Shown one piece after another: positions 1 to 12,045 of a stretch of 64,000 nucleotides of DNA. The notes under the pieces are model-generated. The model searched no databases, was not told where the DNA came from, and saw nothing but the letters and a program-made list of their open reading frames with translations. The translations under genes and the position numbers were made by a program. Each line of letters begins with the position of its first letter. Position 1 is the first letter of the stretch. Source of the stretch: Amoebidium appalachense (taxonomy: Eukaryota; Protista; Ichthyosporea); assembly GCA_963693365.1 (NCBI GenBank), contig CAVNZM010000003.1, positions 10,648,988 to 10,712,987 on the forward strand, read 5' to 3'.

Positions 1-151
1 AGAATGGAAGTTGGAATGAGAAAGGATTTTCTGGGGACGAGGGTTTTTTCTTCATTTTTTTCTTTTTGGATGTGCGTGTGCGTGTGCGTGTGCGTGTGTG
101 TGTATGTGTGTGTGCGTGTGTGCGTGTGTGTGTGCGTGTGTGCGTGCGTGC

Positions 152-216
<65 letters not shown>

Positions 217-219
217 TGT

Positions 220-250
<31 letters not shown>

Positions 251-295
251 GGGGGGGGGGCTTATAGATTGACACGGGGATTATACTCTGTTCAG

Positions 296-525
296 GCCGA
301 GAAGAGCTAAAAGCACCGGGGGGATGAATAGAAGTGGGCCGACCCTGGCAAGGTAAGGACACACACATGCCATTTTTACGTCTACATGCACGTGTGTGTA
401 CGTGCAAAGCGACACAAGTGTGCACACGACTACGGGTGAGTGGGAGTGGGTGTGTGTGTGTGTGTGTGATGAGAGGGGGGGGGGGGGTGTATGAGAGAGA
501 AAAGGTTTGTGTGTGCGTGTCCCTG

Positions 526-599
<74 letters not shown>

Positions 600-817
600 A
601 GTGAGAAGGGGGAGATCAGAGACCGTGTATGTGTATGTAACGGGGGGTTTCCCCGGCGGGGGGGGGGGGGGAAGGGGGGGTTTAGATACATGAAACGGAG
701 GGAGTGTATGTGTGGGCGGAGGGGGGGGAGGGGCGGGGGAGGGGGGGGGGGGGGGGGGGGGGGGGACGGAGAAAGCCAGACGGAGGAAGAGAGTGTGTAG
801 GCGTGAAGAGAGAGGGC

Positions 818-906
<89 letters not shown>

Positions 907-1098
907 CGTGTGCGCGTGAGTGTGTTTGCGCGTGTGTACATGGCTGTTGTGAACTGTGTGTGTGTACATGTTTGGAGGCGATGCTATGGTACCTAAAAAC
1001 ATCCATTTGGACGGCTCTATCGTCAGGCATGCCCGCCCATACACCGCACATACACACTGACACACACACACGTACACACACGTACACACACGCGCGCG

Positions 1099-1129
<31 letters not shown>

Positions 1130-1198
1130 GCAACAATACTCTAGCACGCAAGCACAGAGTTGCACCGCACGTACCCACACACACACAATCACACACAC

Positions 1199-1244
<46 letters not shown>

Positions 1245-1633
1245 CCAAAACACACGCACACACACACGTACGCACGCGCACACGCACACACACACACACG
1301 TACACACACAGTGTCAGCACGTCCAACCTAGCCAGCCCTGCCTCTGGTCGACGAAGCCGCGGCCGCAGTCTGACGTCACTTTGGAACAAACTCATGGGGA
1401 AGAAGAAAAAGACCCCGGGGTCAGATCCGGATTTTGAAAGCGTAATTTCAAGCCCTGGGCCGTGGGCGGTGGAGGGGGGGGAGGGGGGGGGGGGGGAGGG
1501 CCAAAGCATGGGGTGTTTTGACTGCGTAGTTCCTTTTCATGATAATTGACGCTCTATTCTGGGCAAACAAGCCGTTGCCCCCCCCTCTCCCGCCGCCTCC
1601 CCCCCCTCCGCGCGCGCGCACACACACACACAA

Positions 1634-1684
<51 letters not shown>

Positions 1685-1796
1685 AATCCAATCCAACCCA
1701 ACCCAACCCACCCGACCCTTCTTCCTCCCTTTCCCTTCCCATGTAACCTTTGTGTCAAACGTATTCCTCTTCACTAATCCTGTGGCCGCTTCTCCC

Positions 1797-1849
<53 letters not shown>

Positions 1850-2623
1850 AAAAAAAAAAAGTACCCGTCCCGTCCCGCCTCTTATGATCCATGCTGTGTG
1901 TGTGTGTTCTACGACTTCAGTTTCGTGTTGTCCGTCGGAAATGTTTTCTTCGTACTGTGTAACACATTCTACAGCCCCACCCCCCTTCCCTTGCGCACAC
2001 ATCCGCACCGTGCAGACTCGCGAAAGTTTCCTGCCTGTCCACTTCCTCTGCTTTGGTTTGTTTTTCGTTTGTTGTGTCTTTGCTTCCATTTTTCCTACCC
2101 TTAATTACAAACAGTGACTCCTCCCTCTCGACCCCCCTCCCCCCATTACACACACACACAGTCAGATGCTCACGCACTCCGCTCACTCACTCACGAACGA
2201 ACGAACGAACGAACGAACGACCACCCACCCATCCACTACACACACCAACTACCCCCCCCCCCCCCCCCCCCCTCCCTCCCGCAGGGCACACACACATACC
2301 CTCATACACATGCACACGCACACGCCATCACCCACCTACACACACCCACGCTCACACGTACACACGCTCACACGTACACACGTACACACGTACCACGTAC
2401 ACACGTACACACGTGCAGATCTGCGGCCTTGTGATGCTAGCCAAGGGCAGTGGTATGGATCTGTATGACCGGGGGCAGTACCGTGAGTGCTACAAGTACT
2501 GGAGGGACCAGACACAGGACGTGATAGATCTCACTGCGGCTATAGTGGCTGCATCATCGGGTGTGTATTCTTTTTTAAAAAGAATATTTAATTTTATTTA
2601 TTTATTATTTATAATGTATTTTT

Positions 2624-2662
<39 letters not shown>

Positions 2663-3095
2663 TATATGTGGGTGTATGTGTGTGTTACGTATTGGAGGGG
2701 ACAGACACAGGACATCATTGATCTCACTGCTGCTATAGTGGCTGCATCATCGGGTGTGTACGTGTGTGTATGTGTACGTGTGTGTATGTGTACGTGTGTG
2801 TATGTGTGCGTGTGTGCGTGTGTGGGTGTGTGGGTGTGTGTGTGTGTTCTTGAGGGGGAAGGGGGCAGGGTGGGTGTGGGTGGGTGAGAGAGAGAGGGGT
2901 TGGGGTAGAGAGGGGTGGGGGGAGGGGGGGGGGCTGGATTTTGTTGGGTGGGTATAGCTGGTTGGGCCGGTGAGGGGATGAGGGAAGGGGGGTATTTGAG
3001 GATGAAGGGTATCTGGTGTATGTGTGTGCTCATGGTTACCTACTGACGTTTTGCCTCGCCCCTCCTCCCCTCCCCTCCCCTCCACCTTCCCCCCT

Positions 3096-3131
<36 letters not shown>

Positions 3132-3492
3132 CGTTGTGTTGTCTGTTTTGTCTTTTTCGTTCTCTGTAATGCACCAACACCCCCTCCCTGCTTTCATGTC
3201 AAGATACAGGCACACACCGCCAAATAGTTACCTAAAGACAAGCACGGTAGCACACGCGCGCACACACACACACACGTACACGTGTACACACGTACGCGTA
3301 TGACACACACATACACTTACACACACACACACACGTACACACGTACACACGTACACAGGCGCGCACAGGGGGGTACCGATTGTGAATTTGGGTGAGGGCA
3401 ACCCCCTCTCTGTGGACGACATTATGACCATCCACAACAATCTCCTTCCTGACCCAACTCCCGATGATGAAAATGCATTTTTCGCAACACTG
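296..3492 (+). CDS. Partial multi-exon hypothetical protein gene (candidate exons 296-352, 1312-~1441, 2419-2560, 3359-3492; start and end not resolved)
   Basis: Non-repetitive islands bounded by AG/GT with compatible phases (2,0,1): [18 protein letters not shown] / [44 protein letters not shown] / [47 protein letters not shown] / [45 protein letters not shown]. No family recognised. Confidence 0.6.
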
Positions 3493-3540
3493 GTATGTAG
3501 AACCAACCAACCACCACCCCAATAAAAAAAAATAAAAAAA

Positions 3541-3605
<65 letters not shown>

Positions 3606-3796
3606 GTGCTGATAAAGTGTCCTTTCCTGCACATTCCTCTTTTCCCAACTGCCACGTGCACCCCTACGCACACACACTTCTGTGCTTTGTCTTTTTGGGG
3701 CCTAGCGTATTTAAGCCATGAAAAAACTTCAAAAAATCATACCCTTCTGCCTACATGTATCAGCCCCCCCCCTCCCCCCCCCCCCCCCCCCCCTTT

Positions 3797-3836
<40 letters not shown>

Positions 3837-3919
3837 CCCCCCCCCCCCCCCCCCCCTCCACACTGGGCCACCGCTTTCCTTCTACCCCGTTTTTTCTTCT
3901 TCCATTTCAAATTACCTTC

Positions 3920-3972
<53 letters not shown>

Positions 3973-4519
3973 ACACACACATACAAACACACACCCCCCC
4001 CCCCCCCCCCTTCCCACCCCCCATCCACCCACGGCTGCATTTCATTATTTTCAATGGATTAATCCTCTGACAAAACAAATTGTGCTCACACATAGCAAGT
4101 GCCACAAGGAAGTTTTTTGCCAGTTTGTAGAGTTTTCTTTCACATGAAAAATGTCAGTAGCCGTGAAATAATCATTTGAAAATGAGAGAAAATGCTCACC
4201 TGTTTCAACCCCCCCCCCCCCCCCCCCCTCCGTTTTTTAGATTGGAAACAAAATGTCGAGTGCTTTGCGAAAAGCGGGAGAGAAGAGTCTGGGATACAAG
4301 GAGAGAGCTAACCTACTAAGGTGACATCCCCTCCCCCCCCCCCCCTTTCCCCCGTCTTCCTTATTGCACACGTGCGTGCGCACTCATGCATGCATGTGCA
4401 GACACACTCAGGCACAGAACGCACACACAGTCACGCAGACACACGCGGCCACATTTGCGCACATGCACATGCACACACACACACCTTTTTCATGTGGTGC
4501 CATGCTCTACGTTGATATC

Positions 4520-4555
<36 letters not shown>

Positions 4556-4572
4556 CTCCCTTTTTTTCAGGT

Positions 4573-4721
4573 GACTTAGGTCCTCCCTGAGGATGGGCTC
4601 TGCCTATGACGCATACTGTGCTCATTGCTGATGTTGCATACTTGAATGTTTGCCTTTGCATGTGTCCTGCACCATGCTTCTCATCGTGTATGAATACTTA
4701 GTGCCGTATTTCGCATTCAAC
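4573..4721 (+). repeat. Copy of dispersed C-tailed SINE-like repeat
   Basis: CCCTGAGGATGGGCTCTGC...TTTGCCTTTGCATGTGTCCTGCACC...CGCATTCAACCCCC; closely matches 58115-58265 and the reverse complement of 24991-25140. Confidence 0.8.
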
Positions 4722-5039
4722 CCCCTCACCCCCCTCCCCTCACCCCCCCGCGCGGAGCGTTTTGGAATATTGGTTGCCTCAGCAAAGGGCAGTGATGTGA
4801 TTTTCACCATGTTGGAAGTAGCTTTGTCCCTTCTACTGCACGACACGTTGTATTCCTAAAACACCCGTTTCCAGATCTGAGGGGAATTTATGGGGGTTCG
4901 TTGCAAAAAAAAAAAAAAAAATTATGGTGCTGTTTGGATTTTTGACCGTCGTTTTTTTGAAAAAAAGTATTTCCCTCCAAAGCAAGATGCTGATTTTCCT
5001 TGATGTATTATAGTTTATTTGACCAGCTCGTGATATGAA

Positions 5040-5111
5040 AGCAGAGTGGCGCAGTGGAAGCGTGCTGGGCCCATAACCCAGAGGTCGCAGGATCGAAACC
5101 TGTCTCTGCTA
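5040..5111 (+). tRNA. Initiator tRNA-Met (CAT)
   Basis: 72-nt cloverleaf AGCAGAGTGGCGCAGTGGAAGCGTGCTGGGCCCATAACCCAGAGGTCGCAGGATCGAAACCTGTCTCTGCTA; A1:U72, GGG/CCC anticodon-stem pairs and an ATCG T-loop typical of eukaryotic initiator tRNA; followed by a long T run (Pol III terminator). Confidence 0.97.
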
Positions 5112-5148
5112 TCCTTTTTTTTTTTTTTTTTTTCGTTTTCTCTTGCAG

Positions 5149-5193
<45 letters not shown>

Positions 5194-5256
5194 ATGTGGT
5201 GTTGACTTATTTTTCTTCTTACTGGGCCCATTTTCTTTTTTTTCTTTTTCTTTTTT

Positions 5257-5302
<46 letters not shown>

Positions 5303-5305
5303 GGG

Positions 5306-5359
<54 letters not shown>

Positions 5360-5573
5360 GTTGTTGTTGTTTTTCTGTTGACTTTTCGTGCTCTCACATT
5401 GGCTATTTCTTACTAAGAATATTATTTCCGATACAGGGACGCATTCGATTTTGTTTTGGTGGTTGACAGTGTCAAATCAAAAAGCTCTGAGAATAACTCT
5501 CGGGCCATCAGCCTATCCGGTAACCCCCCCCCCACCCCTTTCCCCCCCTTCTCCCTCACTTATTTCACACAGA

Positions 5574-5614
<41 letters not shown>

Positions 5615-6847
5615 CACAGGCACATACACACGTCCACACAGGCACATTCTCCCCCCCCTCCCGGCCCCCCCCACCACCACCACCACCACCCACCCACCCT
5701 TCCTCCTTCTTTTTCCTCCATCGCTCCGTCCTTTCAGAAAGTAACGGACGGAGGCATAGGAACTATGGGTCTCCCCTTCCCCCTCCCCCCCTCCCCCCCC
5801 CCCCCTGGGTCCCCCCCCCCACCACCACCACCATCACCACCCCCATTACCCTCCCGCTTCCAAAGAAGACGTGTGTCACAACCCCTGGTTATATTTAGCG
5901 TGCACACCACATGTACCAGGAGAGAAGAGGGTAGAGGGAGGCAAAGGCAAAGAAATACAGGCAGACAGGGAGGCAGGCGGAGAGATTGTGTGCGTGTGTG
6001 TGTGTGTGTATGGTTGTGTGTGTGTGGCTGTGTGTGCATGCATGTTCGAGGGTTGGTGTGGGCTTGGATGTGTGTGGTATGTGGGTGTGTGGGTGGGTGT
6101 GCGCGCTCGTGAGTGTGTGTTTGTGCGTGTGTGCGCACGTGTTTGCATCTGTGTGCGTGTGTGTGTGGTGGGCTGATATGCATGTGTGTATGTGCACGTG
6201 TGTGTGTGTGCAAATTTGTGTGTGGATGCAATTATTGCTACCAATCGGGATTTTGCTAACTTTTACCCCAACCAGAACTCGACCCCACCGAGTCAGCACG
6301 TTAACATATCTGTGGCTACCGAGGCTGGAGATATAATCAAAGTCACGCGTAAATTGGATATGCGCAGGTTGTAAATGGCCAATTTGCAATTGGAGTGGAT
6401 ATGTGTGGATATACATCCGTCGGTTTCCCCCTCTGTGCCTGCCTCTGCTATTGTGTGTCGTGATGGATGTGGTATGTTTTTCTTTGTGTGTATGTGTTGG
6501 AGTTTATCAAAATTTACTTGATATTGTGTGTTAGTAGTTGACGAATCTCCTGTGAGAAAAAGAACCGGGGGGAGTGTGGGGGTGGGGGGTGCGGGTGCGG
6601 GTGCGGGTGGTGGTGATGGGGGAGGGGGGGAGGGGGGGGGGGGGGGGGGAGGAGGAGGGGGGAGGGGGGGGGGGGGGGGGGGGGGGGGGGTAACAAGAGG
6701 TACATGAGTGAATGAAAAATGTTAAAGCTGGTGTGCATGCCAAGTAGTGAAGTTTATCGGGAAGATATATTGCAGTATAGGTAATGTTTAGACACGTGCT
6801 GCTATGTGTTAGCAAGCACAACATGATATTGAGACAGAGACCAAGTT

Positions 6848-6902
<55 letters not shown>

Positions 6903-7135
6903 ATAACATGATCATAGGAATATATAACATTTACTGGTTAGGTTAGATGTATGCTGTAGCGTTGGGGTGGTGGGATTTAGTGAGAGGTTGATTGTGAGAG
7001 GTGTTCTCTGCCTGTGTGAAAGAAAGAATGATTAAGCTAGAGTAGTCACACGACGGAGAGCTTTCTATATTAGCCCCGTGTTTACACGCATTAGCAGCCA
7101 CCGACAGGCACATGATATTACGACACATGGGTGCG

Positions 7136-7201
<66 letters not shown>

Positions 7202-7251
7202 ACAAACACATGGGCCCGTACGCACAGATGCACACGTGTGTGCATGCACAC

Positions 7252-7293
<42 letters not shown>

Positions 7294-8086
7294 GCACACA
7301 CAGACGACTCTGTCTGTAGCAAGCATATGGTTGATTCACATAGCGGCCCGATATACACGGTGAAATTGGTGGTGATTTAGATATAATTGGTGATATTGTT
7401 AGTATTTGGCTCGAATATTTCAGTTCCATAATGGTTGCTATTGTGGCTGATGTATCTGAGTAGATATTATTGATAATAATATTGTTGATCTTAGCTGCAT
7501 TCATGGTATATCCTCAGTAGATATATTGATAGTGGTGGTGATGTGAGCAAGTATATCCTTTTTTAGATAGCGATATGAAGGTACCTAGATATTTGAAGTC
7601 AAGCTGCTAGCATGTATAACCTGGATCCTGGCAGGGCCAGGCTATAAATAAAACGGCAATAAGATGTTTCGATAATAACTGTCATTCATATGGTCGAATT
7701 ATAATAGTAAGCATTTTGCAGTGTGTACATGTGTGACGTGGTACTTCTAATGACGTCAATATGACGTCAGTTTCCTGCATGTGTGCGGCAATGGTAGTGA
7801 CCAAGCTGGTGGTGTTGTGTGCGTAATATTAATTAATGCATGTGTGCGTATGTATGCGCGCTTGTGTGCGCATGCATGCATGCATGCTTGTGTGGCGTGT
7901 GTACATGTGTATGTGTGTGCCTGGATCCGAAGGTGTTTAGATTATCCCTGTGTTATGGAATATGAACTAGTACGTGTGGCGACGAACAACACAATGCAGA
8001 AGGTGCAGAGCATACAACCACACAAAATGCTGCATCACAAACAGAGTCCATCCTCACCGGGCGCGGGGGGCGGGGAGGGGGGGGGG

Positions 8087-8131
<45 letters not shown>

Positions 8132-8226
8132 GGGGGGGGGGGGGGGGGGGATGCATGCATGCATATGAGTGGTGAGAATATATGGAAAGGACACGTTGAG
8201 AAGACAACACAAAATTTTACGGGTGG

Positions 8227-8228
<2 letters not shown>

Positions 8229-8264
<36 letters not shown>

Positions 8265-8322
8265 CTGCGCAGTGCTGCATGTGTTTGTGCCATATTTGGT
8301 GTGTGGGTGTGGGGGGGGGGGG

Positions 8323-8367
<45 letters not shown>

Positions 8368-8540
8368 TCGAGGGGGGCCGAGGGGGGGGGGGGGGGGGGG
8401 GGGGGGGGGCTGCGCAGTGCTGCATGTGTTTGTGCCATATTTGGTGTGTGGGTGTGGGGGGGGGGGGGAGGGCGGGGGGGGGGGGGGGGGGGGGGGGGGG
8501 GGATCGAGGGGGGCCGAGGGGGGGGGGGGGGGGGGGGGGG
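8229..8540. repeat. Local tandem duplication (two copies of GGGCTGCGCAGTGCTGCATGTGTTTGTGCC...GATCGAGGGGGGCCGAGG) embedded in poly-G
   Basis: The non-homopolymer segments of the two units are identical by eye. Confidence 0.8.
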
Positions 8541-9234
8541 TCACGGCGGTCATCGGAATCAGTCGATGGACGCCCGCGGCTCGGGTTACGAAACATTAAA
8601 AAAGGCGATAAAAATGTTAAACCTCTGGTGAGCTTATATCACGACATCCGATGGTCATGGCTCAAATGATGTCATAGTGCAATCATCTGACTCTCTTGAA
8701 GGCGTTTTCATGTCATGGTATGTATGGCCCAAGGAGACCTCTGGTTTCCTGTTCGCAAAAAGTAACGCACAAAGGGCTTTAAAATTTGATGAATATAGAG
8801 AGTGACCAAGCCATAATAACATTTGACAGAGGTTATTCATATTGAAAACCAGAGTACAAATATTTTTTTCTTTTGACTGGATTTATTCGACGGAAAGATA
8901 TGCAAGTATGCACGGCATACTGAGAAGACAATAAAAACTTCACGAGTTATCCAGTAACAAGTGCATACTGAGATACAAATATTTGTGGGGTTTACGCTGT
9001 TTACTCGAGGCAAAGAGAGACCAGTCTCAGGTATGGGGGGGTTTTGCTCGGAATATCCCCTCAGCGGTATATCATGATCACGTACATAGATGTCGGGTGA
9101 TGACTATATATCAGGGTTTACTTTCTCTACGAGACACCATTAAGACTAAGAAAAATCAATTAGTTGGGGTTCCCCGTTTTTTTTTGTTTTTTTTTTTGGG
9201 GGGGGGGGCTCCCCTGGGGCACTCGGTATCAGCT

Positions 9235-9330
<96 letters not shown>

Positions 9331-11252
9331 TAGAATTTTGTAGTGATGTGTTTTTTAAGCCAATCAATACATGATCTAATAAACAGGTCGTAGTTACGCG
9401 TGTTTAGTATAAAATCAAGGATGTTGTAATTTACAGGTAGGCTATCTTTCTGGGTGTCTGTTTTGAATGTGACGTGTGTGTGTTGCGGTATTATGTGATG
9501 GTCTATCGCACTACATTTGGCGATACATGACCGTTTGAGCTGGTGTGTGTGTGTGTTGTTTGGGCATGCAAACGATGCCACCTTATACTTATTAGATCTC
9601 CACTGTATAGCACGTGTACAGTAAAAGCGCCGCCGCCGCCGTGAATTGATCAATAATACCATCAGCTAGAGAAAGACCAGTTCTACAGGAAGGTACTGTA
9701 TTTAGGTGTTATACATTTGCGAGTGCCATATTTGGCAATATGGTTGAGGCGGTCATTATATATAAAACGAGACACAAGGCTTAGTTTTTCAAGTTGTATG
9801 CTTTCATCGGGTCTAGTGTCGTGTGGTATCTTTTTCCATTTGTTATATTGCGTGATTATCTTGTGATTGTGTACATGTTTAATGATGGGATGGATACTCT
9901 AGCAGCTATTGGGACCACACCATATATCGAGAGCGTTTCAGGCCCAGGTTCAAAAAACAACAGTTGTTAGATAGAAAGGAGGCAACATCTGCTTCAAGGA
10001 AATTTGCCAAGGGTTTAAGCGCTCTAGTTCTCTCTTTCTTGATCCAAGCGGCGAGAAGGGGTAAACCATATTCACATGCTGGGAAGACAAAAATGCGACA
10101 GTGTAGGTCTAATAGAAGAATGGAGGGGTGTGTATTTAAAAATATTAGCCGAGAAGAAAGCTAACCGCTTACGAGACAACTCTACCCTCTTTTCGACCAT
10201 ATGGGAAAACATAACACCAACAGAATTAACCGGAACACCAAGATATTTGTATTCTGGAACTATAGGTACAGGTTTAGATGATAATGTAAATGTGTGTAAA
10301 TTGTTAGCTATATCAGGTACAAGAACACCACATTTGTCTATGTTAAGGATCATAAGGTTTGCCTTGCACCACTCTGACACTACATCGAACAATCTTTGCA
10401 GGCGTCAAGGGGTACGGGCAAGGAGGGACAGATCATCAGCATAGAGAAGTGCAGGCGGAAAGTTATTAATAGGGTCATCATTTTCGGCATAAACCTTGAC
10501 AGCCAAATCATCTATAAATAGGTTAAACAAAAAGGGGCTAAGCAATGAACCCTGCAAGAGACCTCTAGTACGGACAAAACCATATGAAAGATGCCCATTA
10601 ACCACAGCTCTACCATAGGTTTGAGACATTGTCAAGAATGCTTCTAACAGAACACCGATGCAGTGTGGTACACCCCGTGCAGCAAGCTTTTCCCATAGGA
10701 GACCAGGGGAGACAGAATCGTAAGCAGTTTTCCAATCAACAAAGCCAACATATCGTGCACCAACTTGCATAGAATCGTGCAGTGCCATTATTTGAACATA
10801 ACATGAATTGTTCTTACGAAAAACGGATTGGCATGCCATGTGTATGTGAAGAATAGATTGAAACCTACTGGTGATGTGCAAATAGCCTAAGTAAGCAAGC
10901 TTCAAAGAATCTACGAACAACCTGGGTTAGTGTGATGGGGCGAAAAGATGATATGGGGCCCTCAGAGTCCTTCTTAACTATGGGGATCACTAAGGTATCT
11001 AACCAAGATGACGGGACATGTCCACATTTAACACACCAAGTGCGAGAAGAGAGAGCTTAACATAATAGTAAGATCAGGTTTAATAGCACGATCACTTTCC
11101 TTTTGTGGGTAGGAGGGAACAAGGATTTTAAGAAACCCAGCAGGAAGTCCATCAGGCCTGTCCACAAGGCTTACTAGAGCTATAACTACTATCACAGACC
11201 ATATGGTATCGGGACTGAAAAAGGGGAGGATCGATTCTATGGGGATAGATGG

Positions 11253-11907
<655 letters not shown>

Positions 11908-12045
11908 GGTCTACAGGCCACACAATAGGTTTCGAAGCGGGTGACTCTGATAAGTATTTCTCGGAACTGTTTAGAGTCTATCTATGAGGGGGTCTCCAGT
12001 GGTATCACCAATAATACGAGCAGGGGGGCCAAATCGATTCATACT

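Noticed and set aside
960-1040. Peptide-like island [25 protein letters not shown] within intron 353-1311
   Set aside because: No suitable acceptor; flanking exons join in phase without it.
5720-7800. Possible exons in non-repetitive islands downstream of the tRNA
   Set aside because: No consistent splice or phase model and no recognisable motif.
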